Counted from the stretch's first letter, positions 38,226-47,921 are shown. The stretch is 64,000 nt of DNA from an uncultured Acidimicrobiaceae bacterium (GCA_963703655.1 CAVPFA010000008.1:4060-68059); one strand, 5' to 3'. The notes: a model not told the origin generated them from the sequence alone. Made by a program: numbers and translations.

Positions 38226-38858
38226 ATGGAGGTCAACAGCATCGAGGCCGTCTACGAGACCATCATGCGGCGACGGGACGTGCGAAGCGAATTCACCGGG
38301 GAGCCGATCCCGCAGTCCACCCTGCACCGTCTCCTAGCCGCAGCCCACGCCGCGCCGAGCGTGGGCTTGAGCCAGCCGTGGGACTTCATCGTCATCCACG
38401 CGCGCTCGACGAGAGAGCGCTTCTTGGATCACGTCGTCACCGAGCGCGACACGTTCTCGGCCACGCTGTTGGCCGACCGCGCGAAGGTATTCGCCAAGAT
38501 CAAGATCGAGGGAATCCTCGAGTCCAGTGTCGGCATCGTCGTGACGTACGACTCGAGCCGCGGAGCACCCGACGTTCTCGGGCGCCACGCCATCGCCGAT
38601 ACCGGCCTTTACTCGACGTGCCTCGCCATCGAGAACCTCTGGCTCGCCGCCACCGCCGAAGGCTACGGCGTCGGCTGGGTGTCGTTCTTCCGGGAGCCGT
38701 TCCTGCGTGACCTCCTGAGCATCCCCGATCGCGTTCGACCGATCGCATGGCTCTGCGTCGGTCCGGTCTCCCACCTCCAAGAGGTGCCCGACCTCGAGCG
38801 CCACAAGTGGCGAGTGCGGCGCCCCCTCGAAGCCGCAACGCACCTGGAAACCTGGTAG
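38226..38858 (+). CDS. bluB: 5,6-dimethylbenzimidazole synthase (BluB, nitroreductase fold)
   Basis: MEVNSIEAVYETIMRRRDVRSEFTGEPIPQSTLHRLLAAAHAAPSVGLSQPWDFIVI is the characteristic BluB N-terminus. The start is at Met 38226. Confidence 0.8.
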   Translation: MEVNSIEAVYETIMRRRDVRSEFTGEPIPQSTLHRLLAAAHAAPSVGLSQPWDFIVIHARSTRERFLDHVVTERDTFSATLLADRAKVFAKIKIEGILESSVGIVVTYDSSRGAPDVLGRHAIADTGLYSTCLAIENLWLAATAEGYGVGWVSFFREPFLRDLLSIPDRVRPIAWLCVGPVSHLQEVPDLERHKWRVRRPLEAATHLETW

Positions 38859-39072
38859 GGACTCGGTTTGGTCACTGGGCCCGCCACAGGCCGCCCAGCT
38901 GGCGGACGTCGTCGGCGAACTCGTGAGCTGACGCCGGCTTTCACGACGCCGCGGCGACTGTAGATGCACTGGGGTGTAGCGTTGGGCTCGTCCCGTCTTG
39001 GGAGTGACGCCTTGTTTGGGCAGGACGACCGTTTCGGTTGTCGCCCCGTACAGGCTTGACGCCTTCTTCTGA

Positions 39073-39306
39073 GTGTCCGAAGGAGAGCCGATGCCTGTCG
39101 TGCCCATAGACCAACCTGTTGTCACGGTCCTGCCAGAGCTTGCCGAGGTGGCGGAGGGACCAGAGGACTACGCGGACCCGGTCACCAGGTGCGCACGGTG
39201 CCGCCTTACCTTCCTTCGGCACCCATCTGTCACTGCGGACGACGCCGCCGAGTGGTGGCTGTGTCCGCCCTGCAGGAACCGGCTGTCGGGCCGGAACCGG
39301 AAGTAG
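39073..39306 (+). CDS. Small zinc-ribbon-like protein (hypothetical)
   Basis: 77 aa with CxxC ... CxxC (RCARC ... CPPC). GGAGAG lies upstream of the start. No family recognised. Confidence 0.45.
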   Translation: MSEGEPMPVVPIDQPVVTVLPELAEVAEGPEDYADPVTRCARCRLTFLRHPSVTADDAAEWWLCPPCRNRLSGRNRK

Positions 39307-39308
39307 CG

Positions 39309-39971
39309 GTGTGCTTCTCTCCCGAGGGTGACCTCGTCGGCGGGATCGTCGTTACCGCCATCGGTGTCGATGCCTGCCGGCATCTCCGAGGCCGCAACGA
39401 CCACATGTTCTTGGCCGCCCTGCCCCTTCTCCTAGGGATCCACCAAATCGACGAGGCCTTCGTGTGGTGGGGGCTTCAAGGCGTCGTCTCGCGCGAGACC
39501 GGCCGGGTGGCGATGTGGATCTACCTCGTCATCGCTTTCGTCGTGCTGCCGATCTTCGTGCCGCTCGTCATCACGCTGCTCGAGCCGACGGCTCGCCGAA
39601 AATGGAGAATCGCTCCGTTTCTCGTGATCGGGGCCGGAGTGTCGGCTGTCTTGCTGGACACGATGCTACGGAACCGCCCGAGCGTCACGCTCGGCGCTTA
39701 TCATCTCGCATACTCGATCGGATTGAAGCACGGGATCGTCGTCATCGGGTTCTACATCGTGGCGACCTGCGGGTCGCTACTGGCTTCGGGGTTCCGCCAC
39801 ATAGTGGTGTTCGGCTTGGCGAACCTCGTTGCCGTCGTCGTTCTGGCCCGGCTGAGCGCGGATGGGTTCGCCTCGTTGTGGTGTTTCTATGCGGCCGTCG
39901 CCTGCGGGGCGATCATGCTGCACATGCGCTACGCCAAGCCCCACAGGGCAACGCCGTACGCAGTCAGCTGA
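39309..39971 (+). CDS. Polytopic membrane protein (DUF6629-like)
   Basis: The GTG at 39309 gives (M)CFSPEGDLVGGIVVTAIG, followed by about 6 TM helices. The family resemblance is recalled from memory. The upstream 40 codons of the ORF track overlap the preceding gene. Confidence 0.5.
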   Translation: MCFSPEGDLVGGIVVTAIGVDACRHLRGRNDHMFLAALPLLLGIHQIDEAFVWWGLQGVVSRETGRVAMWIYLVIAFVVLPIFVPLVITLLEPTARRKWRIAPFLVIGAGVSAVLLDTMLRNRPSVTLGAYHLAYSIGLKHGIVVIGFYIVATCGSLLASGFRHIVVFGLANLVAVVVLARLSADGFASLWCFYAAVACGAIMLHMRYAKPHRATPYAVS

Positions 39972-40082
39972 CTCAGGGCGTCTTGGAACGACGTTGCGGC
40001 ACTGCGCCCGCATTGCTGAGGCTCTCCGCAGCCGTTGACGACAACCAGGTCACCCTATGTGAGCCCGGAGTGGCATCGAGGG

Positions 40083-40926
40083 CTATGAAGCCTCAAGGCT
40101 TCTCTCTTCAGCGTCATGGTCCGCTATGTAGCCGATCCTCTGGTAAATGGCGTTGGAGGTCGGGTTGGCGAGGTCGGTGTAGAGCACTACGTGCTCCGCC
40201 CCTGCCCGCAGCGCCTCACCGGTGGCCCAAGCGGTGACCGCCGAGCCGTAGCCCCGCCGGCGGTGCGCGGGCGGTGTGTACACGGGCCCCACCCGTGCGA
40301 CTCCTGCCGCCGGAGCGCTGTGAGCGGCGAGCGCCACCGGCGCTCCTTCGGCAGACCAGAGCCACAGTTCTCCAGCCGCGAGCCGGCGCGCCACGACCGC
40401 GCTCACCTCCAGTGGTTCGTTCTGAGCCGCTTCGGCCTGGAACCGGACGAGCCACGCGCAGACGAGGTCGCGGTCATCCTCGGTTGCAGCCCTCGCTTCT
40501 CCAGCGGAATGCGCCGGGGGCCTGAGCTCCGCCAGCCGGTACATCCTCATTGCCCGCCGCAGCGACGAAACGGCACCGGTGTGCTCGGTCCAGGCGTCGG
40601 CGAACTCCGCGACCGTCGCTTTCTCACCATTGACCCCAGGCACCTTGCGACCTATCCCAGACAATTCGAGGGCTATCTCGGATGCCACGCCGGCGGGCAG
40701 ACGGGGCAGGAAGAGGCTGTGAGGTGGGGTGTGCATCGCTCCTCCGACCAGGTGGCCTTCGTCGGATGGCCGTCAACCAAATGTCGTCGGCTCCTGCGGC
40801 CCGGACGCCGTTGAGGACTCCGTCGAGGTGTACCCCGATGACGTTCGTGCTGAACGGGTCCGAAGCCAGCCACGGATTGGCAAGCTCGGCGAACTCCTTG
40901 GCGTCCGTGAGCACTCGAACGTTCAT
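40083..40926 (-). pseudogene. GNAT-family acetyltransferase interrupted by a single-nt frame shift at about 40764
   Basis: The N-terminal part is in the frame of ORF 40624..41061 (MNVRVLTDAKEFAELANPWLASDPFSTNVIGV...DDIWLTAI). The rest is in ORF 40083..40736 (..DEGHLVGGAMHTPPHSLFLPRLP ... RRRGYGSAVTAW ... NAIYQRIGY). Removing one base at 40764 restores a continuous protein. Confidence 0.75.
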
Positions 40927-40967
40927 GCGATATTTTGCTGCATTACCGCCGGCCAGGGCGAGCGTGG

Positions 40968-41468
40968 TCAGTTGCCCACCGAGCCGTCCACCATCTCTCG
41001 GAGCAAGTCGGCGTGGCCGTTGTGGCGCGCCTCCTCCTCGATCACGTGATTCATCACCCAACGCAGGTTCGGTTGGGCGCCGTCGGCCCAGGTCACCGAG
41101 CCGACGGCGCGTTGATCGAGCGAGGCAGCATCAAGCTCGATTTGTCGGCTGGCCGCGCACGCGTCCTCGAAGATTGCGATCAGCTGGTCTCCAGAGAAAT
41201 CCTCGTTTCGTTTCCAGGGATCGTCCCAGTGATCAGTAGCACTCCGGCCGCTGAAGATGTGCTGGAACCAGTACGCCTCGACCTCGTACATGTGCCGGAT
41301 GAGGCCACCGAGGGATGTGCCGCTACCGACTGGTGAGAAGGCCAGACCCTGGGCGTCAACGCCCATAACCTTGTAGATCAGCGTGTCGCGGTGATAGTCG
41401 AGCCAGCGACGGAGGGACTCGCGTTCGGCTAGGGGCTCCATCGTGACAGATGGCGTACGTTCGTCCAT
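40968..41468 (-). CDS. DinB-family / DUF664 (mycothiol-type) metal-binding protein
   Basis: 166 aa. LRRWLDYHRDTLIYKV ... LIRHMYEVEAYWF ... HVIEEEARHNGHADLLRE is the typical His-triad four-helix DinB signature. Confidence 0.75.
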   Translation of the reverse strand: MDERTPSVTMEPLAERESLRRWLDYHRDTLIYKVMGVDAQGLAFSPVGSGTSLGGLIRHMYEVEAYWFQHIFSGRSATDHWDDPWKRNEDFSGDQLIAIFEDACAASRQIELDAASLDQRAVGSVTWADGAQPNLRWVMNHVIEEEARHNGHADLLREMVDGSVGN

Positions 41469-41591
41469 TCGCGCAGGCTAATCCCTGAGGTGGGTGCCCG
41501 ATATCGCCCAGGTAACGCACTGCTCCGGCGACCTGGCCGGTGCGCGTCCACCCCCCGGGCCGTAATCTTCCGGCGAGCAGAGGAGGTGTGG

Positions 41592-44500
41592 ATGCGCTGC
41601 GCGGAGTGTGGAGGCGAGACACCGGACGGCAAACGGTTCTGCAGGAACTGCGGCAGTTCGCTGGTTGCCGCCTGTTCGATATGCGGAGCGCAGCTCGAGC
41701 CTGACGACAGATTCTGCGCTGATTGCGGGACGCCGGTCGGAGCTACCACAAGTTCAGCTACCCCGGCCGCCCCAGTCCTAACGATCCAGCCGGCACAAAA
41801 GGCCTCGGACTCTTCCACTGAGCTTCGCCACGTCTCGGTGCTGTTCTGTGACCTCGTAGGCTTCACGCCGTTCTCGGAGAAACGAGACCCCGAGGAAATA
41901 AGAGAGGCCCTCTCCGGTTACTTCGAGCTTGCCCGCGCCATCGTCACCCGCTACGGAGGCATTGTCGAGAAGTTCATCGGTGACGCCGTCATGGCGGTCT
42001 GGGGCGTCCCGGTCGCGAAGGAGGACGACGCCGAGCGTGCGGTTCGCGCCGGGCTCGAGCTTGTCTCGGCCGTCGCCGCGTACGGCAGCGACCACTCGAC
42101 CGATCTCCAAGCCCGCGTCGGGGTCGTGACGGGCGAAGCTGCCACGACCGAGACCGCGGAGGAGGGCCTCGTCATCGGCGATCGGGTGAACACCGCCGCC
42201 CGCATCCAGTCGGTTGCCCCACCGGGCTGCTGCTATGTAGACGAGACGACTAGGTCCGCCACCGCGGCTGCGATCGCGTACACAGATGCGGGCGAGCACA
42301 CCCTCAAGGGCAAGTCCGAGCGGGTGCGGCTCTTCCAGGCGACTCGCGTCGTGGCAGCCAGAGCCGGCTCCCAGCGCTCGGGCGTCCTCGAGGCCCCATT
42401 CATCGGCCGCGATCACGAACTCGGGCTCGTCAAGGAGCTCTTCCACGCGTCGGCCGAGCGCCATTCAGCCCGCCTCGTCCTCGTCTCGGGGGTCGCCGGT
42501 GTCGGCAAGTCACGGCTTGCGTGGGAGTTCTTCAAGTATCTCGACGGTCTCGCGGCCGACACGCTCTGGCACGCCGGGCGGTGCCTCTCCTACGGCGAGG
42601 GAGTGAGCTACTGGGCGCTCTCGGAGATGGTCCGGGCTCGGCTTCAAATCAGCGAGGAAGACCCCCAGGAGGTCGTCGCGGAGCAGCTACGCACCGGGCT
42701 CGACCGGTGGATCGGAGACGCCGCTGACCGGGAGTTCATCGCCCCGCGCCTCGGCCAGCTCCTCGGGCTCCCCTCCTCTCAGGTACTGGCGAGAGAGGAG
42801 CTCTTCTCGGGCTGGCGTCTCTTCTTCGAGCGCCTGGCCGAGTACCTTCCGCTCGTCATGGTCGTGGAGGACCTGCAGTGGGCCGACGCCGGCATGGTCG
42901 ACTTCCTCGATCACCTCCTCGAGTGGTCCGGCGACCATGCCATCTTCCTGCTCGTGTTGTCGCGACCGGAGGGCACCGAGCGCAAAGGCCTCGGGCTCTC
43001 CCGCCGTTCGGTCACGACGCTCCCGCTCGACCCGCTGCCCGACCAGGTCATCGGCGAGATGTTGGATGGGCTCGTCACCGGCCTGCCTGTGGCCGCACGA
43101 GGACGCATCGTCGAGCGTGCCGAGGGGATCCCGCTGTATGCGATCGAGACGGTGCGAGGACTCCTCGACAAAGGCGTCCTCGAGAAAGGTGACGACGGCC
43201 TGTTGCACCTCGTCGGCAAGCTTGGCGAGCTCGAGATCCCACCTGGGCTGACAGCGCTGATCGCCTCTCGCCTCGACGCGCTCCGACCAGACGAGCGGCG
43301 TCTCGTGAAGGAGTGCTCGGTGCTCGGCACGAGCTTTCCCCGCCAAGCGATCGAGGCGGTGTCCGATATCGATGCAGCCGATCTTGACGAGCTCTTGACC
43401 TCGCTCGTGCGCAAGGAGGTGCTGACGGTCCGGGCCGACAAGCTCTCGCCCGAAAAGGGCCAGTACGCCTTCACCCAGTCGCTCATAAGGACCGTCGCCT
43501 ACGACTTGCTGACGCGGGCCGAGCGCAAAGCGCGGCACGTCAGGACCGCCGAGCACCTCCGAACGGCCTTCCCCGACGAGGGCGCAGAGGTCGCAGAGGT
43601 CATCGCCGCACACATGCACGACGCTTACAAGGCAGCAGGAGACGATCCGGACGCGAGCGAGCTACGGTCACAAGCAGCAGGCGCTTTCGTTCTTGCCGCC
43701 GAGAGGGCCGAGGCGATCGGTGCCCTCGAGACCGCAGAAGCTGCCTATCTCACGGCCGCAGAGCTCAGCTTCGACGAAGCCGAGCGGACCCGCCTTACCG
43801 AGACGGCCGGACGCATGGCTTCGCTCGCGGGCTTTTACGAGCGGGCTCTCGTTCACTTCGAGGCCGCAGTCGCCGGCTACAGGGCCGGCGGGCTCATCAT
43901 TGATGGCGCACGCTTGATAGCGCAGTTTGCTTCGCCGCTCCGCAGGCTTGGCCGGGGAGATCAGGCCACGAGTCTCCTACGCGAGGCACTCGCCTCGCTC
44001 GATTCGGACACCGCCCCGCCTTCCGTCATAGCAAACCTGCAGGAGGCGCTCGGAAGCACTTTGATATTCACCGGCCACCCGCAGGACGCCGCAGAGCCAA
44101 TCGAGCACGCGCTCACCCTCGCCCAGCACTACGAGCTGATTGAGACGTTTGCTCGTGCCCTTGTTTCGAGAGCCCTTCTCCTGCACTGGCTGGGGCGGTT
44201 CGAAGAGGCGCGCCTCGGCTATGAGGGTAGCCTCGCGGTCGCGCGCCGGCTTGGGCTCACCCAGGAAGAGATGCGCGTGGAGGCCAATCTGGCGGACCTG
44301 TGCATGACCCGCGACCTCCCCGGAGCCGAAGAGCACTGCCGGGCTCTGTTGGCCCTTGCCCGACGTTGGGGCGCTCGAGGCAGCGAGACCCTCGGAGCTG
44401 AGAACCTCATATACGTGCTGACCATGGCCGGGCGCTTCGAGGAGGCATATCGGCTCGGGACCGACGTGCTGCAAGCGGGTGCCGGCGAGACCCCGGACGC

Positions 44501-45206
44501 GAGATGGCTTCATAGCCAAATGGCGCTCGTGGATGCACTTCGCGGTCATGTCACGCGCGCTGGTGTGCATCTCGCGAATTGCGAGGACATGGTTTCGAGC
44601 GACGACGCTCAGGATCGTGCGATGTATGCGACGGCGGAAAGCGGTGTGGCCCTTGCAGATGGCAACTTCCCTCTTGCCCTCGGGGCAGCTCTGCGGGGGA
44701 TAGAAGACTTCCTGCGAGGGGGACTTCCACTTGCGAACGAGTCAATCCGTCTTAGTTTCGCTGACGGCATCGACGCGGCTCTGGCCATGGGGGATCTCGG
44801 CGAAGCAGAGCAGCTTGTGGAACTCCTCGAAGGCCGGCCACCCGGGGAAATACCGCCCTTCCTTCAGAGCCAGATCCGCCGGAACCGGTCCCTCTTGGCA
44901 GCTGCGAGAGGAGATGACAAGGTTGTTGAAGCGGGCTTGTTAGCGGCGGAGAAGGGGTTCCGTATCCTCAACTACCCGTACTGGGCCGCCCGCACTCAGC
45001 TCGACCTGGCCGAGTGGCTCGCCCACCAGGGGCGTGCGAGTGAAGCGGCGGCATGCGGCGGCGAGGCGGCGGCGACATTCGAGAGTCTCGGGGCCCAGCC
45101 GATGCTCGCCCGGGCACGGACCCTCCTCGAGGTTGAGATCGTTCGCAACCCCGGCGCAGATGGCGAACGCGCTGTCGGTCAGAGCTCCCCGTCGCCCGCC
45201 GAATAG
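41592..45206 (+). CDS. Double zinc-ribbon + class III adenylyl/guanylyl cyclase + STAND P-loop NTPase + TPR-like repeats (no C-terminal HTH)
   Basis: AGGAGG lies 5 nt upstream of ATG 41592. Zinc ribbons: CAECGG..CRNCG and CSICG..CADCG. Cyclase motifs: VSVLFCDLVGFT, KFIGDAVMAVWG, GDRVNTAARIQS. P-loop GVAGVGKSRLA and Walker B LVMVVEDLQWAD. About 600 aa of helical repeats follow. Confidence 0.85.
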   Translation: MRCAECGGETPDGKRFCRNCGSSLVAACSICGAQLEPDDRFCADCGTPVGATTSSATPAAPVLTIQPAQKASDSSTELRHVSVLFCDLVGFTPFSEKRDPEEIREALSGYFELARAIVTRYGGIVEKFIGDAVMAVWGVPVAKEDDAERAVRAGLELVSAVAAYGSDHSTDLQARVGVVTGEAATTETAEEGLVIGDRVNTAARIQSVAPPGCCYVDETTRSATAAAIAYTDAGEHTLKGKSERVRLFQATRVVAARAGSQRSGVLEAPFIGRDHELGLVKELFHASAERHSARLVLVSGVAGVGKSRLAWEFFKYLDGLAADTLWHAGRCLSYGEGVSYWALSEMVRARLQISEEDPQEVVAEQLRTGLDRWIGDAADREFIAPRLGQLLGLPSSQVLAREELFSGWRLFFERLAEYLPLVMVVEDLQWADAGMVDFLDHLLEWSGDHAIFLLVLSRPEGTERKGLGLSRRSVTTLPLDPLPDQVIGEMLDGLVTGLPVAARGRIVERAEGIPLYAIETVRGLLDKGVLEKGDDGLLHLVGKLGELEIPPGLTALIASRLDALRPDERRLVKECSVLGTSFPRQAIEAVSDIDAADLDELLTSLVRKEVLTVRADKLSPEKGQYAFTQSLIRTVAYDLLTRAERKARHVRTAEHLRTAFPDEGAEVAEVIAAHMHDAYKAAGDDPDASELRSQAAGAFVLAAERAEAIGALETAEAAYLTAAELSFDEAERTRLTETAGRMASLAGFYERALVHFEAAVAGYRAGGLIIDGARLIAQFASPLRRLGRGDQATSLLREALASLDSDTAPPSVIANLQEALGSTLIFTGHPQDAAEPIEHALTLAQHYELIETFARALVSRALLLHWLGRFEEARLGYEGSLAVARRLGLTQEEMRVEANLADLCMTRDLPGAEEHCRALLALARRWGARGSETLGAENLIYVLTMAGRFEEAYRLGTDVLQAGAGETPDARWLHSQMALVDALRGHVTRAGVHLANCEDMVSSDDAQDRAMYATAESGVALADGNFPLALGAALRGIEDFLRGGLPLANESIRLSFADGIDAALAMGDLGEAEQLVELLEGRPPGEIPPFLQSQIRRNRSLLAAARGDDKVVEAGLLAAEKGFRILNYPYWAARTQLDLAEWLAHQGRASEAAACGGEAAATFESLGAQPMLARARTLLEVEIVRNPGADGERAVGQSSPSPAE

Positions 45207-45274
45207 GCAGCGTGACCGTCCAGGAAGTGCTGGGTGCCCCCTGCGGTCGCAGGGCACCCGTCGTTCGGCGATGA

Positions 45275-45295
45275 GGCGGCGGTGTTTTCGCCGCC
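45275..45295 (+). terminator. Possible intrinsic terminator hairpin after the cyclase-STAND gene
   Basis: GGCGGCG-gtgtttt-CGCCGCC (7-bp GC stem) lies 69 nt after the stop. There is no U-tract, so this is weak. Confidence 0.25.
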
Positions 45296-45397
45296 GGTAA
45301 GCCACCGAGCGGCGGGGCGGCGATCTCGACCGGGTCGAATTGTCGAGCGTCTCGGCCGCGCTGGAATGGCCGAGGGGGTTGCGCACAACCATCGCCC

Positions 45398-45429
45398 TTG
45401 ACAAGTAGTTATCAAAGTGATATCACTTT
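45398..45429 (+). promoter_or_regulatory. Consensus -35/-10 promoter overlapped by a perfect 16-bp palindrome (operator candidate)
   Basis: TTGACA (45398-45403), a 17-nt spacer, then TATCAC (45421-45426). AAAGTGATATCACTTT at 45414-45429 is a perfect palindrome. It sits in a sharply AT-rich island within GC-rich DNA, upstream of ORF 45486..45779. Confidence 0.55.
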
Positions 45430-45485
45430 CTTAGGTGATCGGAGTGGCCGGAGTGCCCGGTACGCAGGTCACAGGAGGCATCCCG

Positions 45486-45779
45486 ATGCACGCACAGAAT
45501 GACAACGCCACTCCCAGCTCAACCGCGACCTGGTGGCGCTGGGGGACGCCTCCGCGATCCGGAATGAGGCGCCTGATCGCGCCATGGGAGTACCGCCACC
45601 TCCGCGGCTTTGGAGTCACGCGTACTGTCGGTGGCGGTGTCCAGGCCGCCGCTGGCCTCGTCTGCCTCTCGTACGGCGTCCACGGATGGGCAGCCTTCTT
45701 CCTGGTTATTGCGGCGCTGAATCTCGCGGGTGGCTACTGGTACATCACTATCGCCCGGTCCGCATCTGCCCGAATCTGA
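45486..45779 (+). CDS. Hypothetical small membrane protein
   Basis: The Met at 45486 gives MHAQNDN.... There are two TM helices (GGGVQAAAGLVCLSYGV, AAFFLVIAALNLAGGYWYI). No family recognised. Confidence 0.45.
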   Translation: MHAQNDNATPSSTATWWRWGTPPRSGMRRLIAPWEYRHLRGFGVTRTVGGGVQAAAGLVCLSYGVHGWAAFFLVIAALNLAGGYWYITIARSASARI

Positions 45780-45984
45780 GCCTGCGCTGCTCGCACTGGC
45801 CTGCTACCCCTACAGCGATGCGTCCAGAGGTAGCCCCGCAAGGATCCGTGGCAGAGCGAACAGGAAGCACGGGCCAAAATGAGCGCCCAGGGCGCTGAAG
45901 GCCCGCGATCACTTCTTTCCCCAGCACTATCGCCAAGTATCTCTATCCGCCGCCCAAAGGCGGGACCCGCCAATAGGAGGAATC

Positions 45985-46902
45985 ATGAGCCAGTCTGCCC
46001 AACCGTACATTGAGCCAGAAGCAACGCCGGTCGGTCACTCGGGAGTCCGCGTCGAAATCCGGGAACGAAAAGCATGGGCCATCAGCGGCTGGCTCGGCGT
46101 CATCGTCCTCGCCGCCTCGATCGCCGGGGCGGTCTTGCTCGCTCGGAGCTCGGTGAAGGCCCTCATCACGGTGCCGATCGTGGTCGCTTCCGTCGTCTTC
46201 GGCTCGCTGATCATTGTCCAGCCCGGCCAGACGAAAGTCGTGCGATTCTTCGGCCGCTACGTCGGCACCGTGCGTCGTACCGGCCTGTCCTGGATCCTGC
46301 CCTTAAGCGACCGGAGGAACGTGAGCATCCGGGTGAGGAACTTCGAGACGAACCACCTGAAGGTCAACGACTCCGACGGCAACCCCGTGGAGGTCGCCGC
46401 GATCGTCGTCTGGCAGGTTGCCGATACATCGCGTGCTCTCTACGCCGTCGATGACTACCTCAATTTCGTGCGTGTCCAGGCCGAGTCTGCATTACGGCAT
46501 GTTGCGAGCACGCATCCATACGACAACCCCGCAGACGATGGCCTATCGCTGCGCGGCTCGACTGACATCGTCGCTGGCGAGCTCGCCGAGGAGATGGCCG
46601 CGCGGGTCGTCATCGCCGGGGTGGAGATCGTCGAGGTGCGCATCAGCCATCTTGCCTACGCACCGGAAATCGCCCAGGCGATGCTGCGCCGACAGCAGGC
46701 CAACGCCGTCGTCGCTGCCCGTTCTCGGATCGTCGACGGCGCTGTCGGGATGGTTGAAATGGCGCTCGACCGGCTGGCGGAACGCAACATCGTCGAGCTT
46801 GACGAGGAGCGCAAAGCGGCCATGGTGAGCAATCTGATGGTCGTGCTTTGCAGTGACCAACCAGCTTCGCCAGTCGTCAACACCGGCACTCTCTACTCGT
46901 GA
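45985..46902 (+). CDS. SPFH/Band-7 (stomatin/prohibitin-like) domain protein
   Basis: AGGAGG precedes the ATG. An N-terminal TM segment is followed by SPFH-like sequence: [22 protein letters not shown] ... [22 protein letters not shown] ... [12 protein letters not shown]. Confidence 0.75.
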   Translation: MSQSAQPYIEPEATPVGHSGVRVEIRERKAWAISGWLGVIVLAASIAGAVLLARSSVKALITVPIVVASVVFGSLIIVQPGQTKVVRFFGRYVGTVRRTGLSWILPLSDRRNVSIRVRNFETNHLKVNDSDGNPVEVAAIVVWQVADTSRALYAVDDYLNFVRVQAESALRHVASTHPYDNPADDGLSLRGSTDIVAGELAEEMAARVVIAGVEIVEVRISHLAYAPEIAQAMLRRQQANAVVAARSRIVDGAVGMVEMALDRLAERNIVELDEERKAAMVSNLMVVLCSDQPASPVVNTGTLYS

Positions 46903-46905
46903 TCC

Positions 46906-47100
46906 GTGAGTGACCGTAAGCAGATACTGCTTCGAATCGATCCCACCGTGCATGACGCCCTGGCCCGGTGGGCGGCGGACGAGTTTCGTAGCCTCAACGC
47001 CCAGATCGAGATGCTGCTGCGCCGGGCCCTCGACGACGCGGGGCGAATGCCTAAGAAGGCTGGACCTTTGCCAAAGCGGGGCAGGCCACCCAGAGCTTGA
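46906..47100 (+). CDS. Ribbon-helix-helix (Arc-like) DNA-binding protein
   Basis: 64 aa. KQILLRIDPTVHDALARWAADEFRSLNAQIEMLLRRAL is a beta-alpha-alpha RHH pattern. The gene starts 3 nt after the SPFH stop. Confidence 0.6.
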   Translation: MSDRKQILLRIDPTVHDALARWAADEFRSLNAQIEMLLRRALDDAGRMPKKAGPLPKRGRPPRA

Positions 47101-47244
47101 CCTGATGCGCCGGCTCGGCATGGGGCACGTGATTCCGCAAGGCTCCGCCAAGTCATTCGAGTGATGGGCAAATTACCGATTTCCGTCAGCTGATCGCGAG
47201 GTACGGCTTCAAGCAGTGTTCGCCCGCCCGTTACACATTCCGCC

Positions 47245-47613
47245 TCATCCAGGCGGCAGTACGTCGATGTCGAACTCATTTCCCTCAGGGTCGGCCATAC
47301 AGCGCCACCTGAAGCCTTCCAGCTCGCGGGTGTTGCCGGGCTCCAACCACCGGCCACCAAGCGCCTGGACCTCGGCGGTGGCTTGCTCCAGATCCTCGAC
47401 GATCAAATCGAGGTGCACTCGGTTCTTCACGATCTTGGCCTCTGGGACCTTTTGAAATCCGAGAGTCAGACCGTCCTTCGTGGCAGACAGAAGGAGGAAC
47501 TGACCTTGACCGATCGTCGTGTCCACTTCCACCCCCAGAAGCCCACACCAGAAGGGCGCCAGTCGATCAGGATCCACTGAGTCGATAGCGAGGTAGCCCA
47601 CGGCAGCTAGCAC
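47245..47613 (-). CDS. VOC/glyoxalase-family protein
   Basis: 122 aa. YLAIDSVDPDRLAPFWCGLLG ... VHLDLIVEDLEQATAEVQALGG ... ADPEGNEFDI is the typical VOC beta-alpha-beta-beta-beta pattern. Confidence 0.75.
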   Translation of the reverse strand: MLAAVGYLAIDSVDPDRLAPFWCGLLGVEVDTTIGQGQFLLLSATKDGLTLGFQKVPEAKIVKNRVHLDLIVEDLEQATAEVQALGGRWLEPGNTRELEGFRWRCMADPEGNEFDIDVLPPG

Positions 47614-47729
47614 GGTTTCTTCCTTCCGGCCTCTGGAGATCGTTCGAGAAAAGTGCTCCGTGCGTACTCCTTTTTCCGGTCTACTGTCAAGCGGTTCGAC
47701 GCTCAGCTAGACCCAGCACAGTCTCGACG

Positions 47730-47921
47730 ATGGTCGGATCGATGCTCGAAGGCTCCACACCATTGAATCGCATGATCTCGAGCAAGATCGGCTGGCTCGT
47801 CCGCTTCGACCCGGCGGAGATCGCCGCCTGGCTCGACGGTGCTCGGCATCCGCATCGCAGGGCGACGATCGCGCGGGCGTGGTGCTTCCAACCGGCCGGC
47901 GTGGTCCGAATGGCGGCTTGA
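47730..47921 (+). CDS. Possible excisionase/AlpA-type HTH protein (may be degenerate)
   Basis: STPLNRMISSKIGWLVRFDPAEIAAWLDG resembles the C-terminal half of HTH_17/excisionase domains (..IG..vRF....I..WL). The N-terminal helix is not convincing. Confidence 0.3.
   Translation: MVGSMLEGSTPLNRMISSKIGWLVRFDPAEIAAWLDGARHPHRRATIARAWCFQPAGVVRMAA

Noticed and set aside
38859-39072. Checked for a cobalamin riboswitch because of the neighbouring bluB gene
   Set aside because: It lies downstream of bluB, not upstream. I could not find the B12-box (GCCACTG-like) or the conserved core helices.
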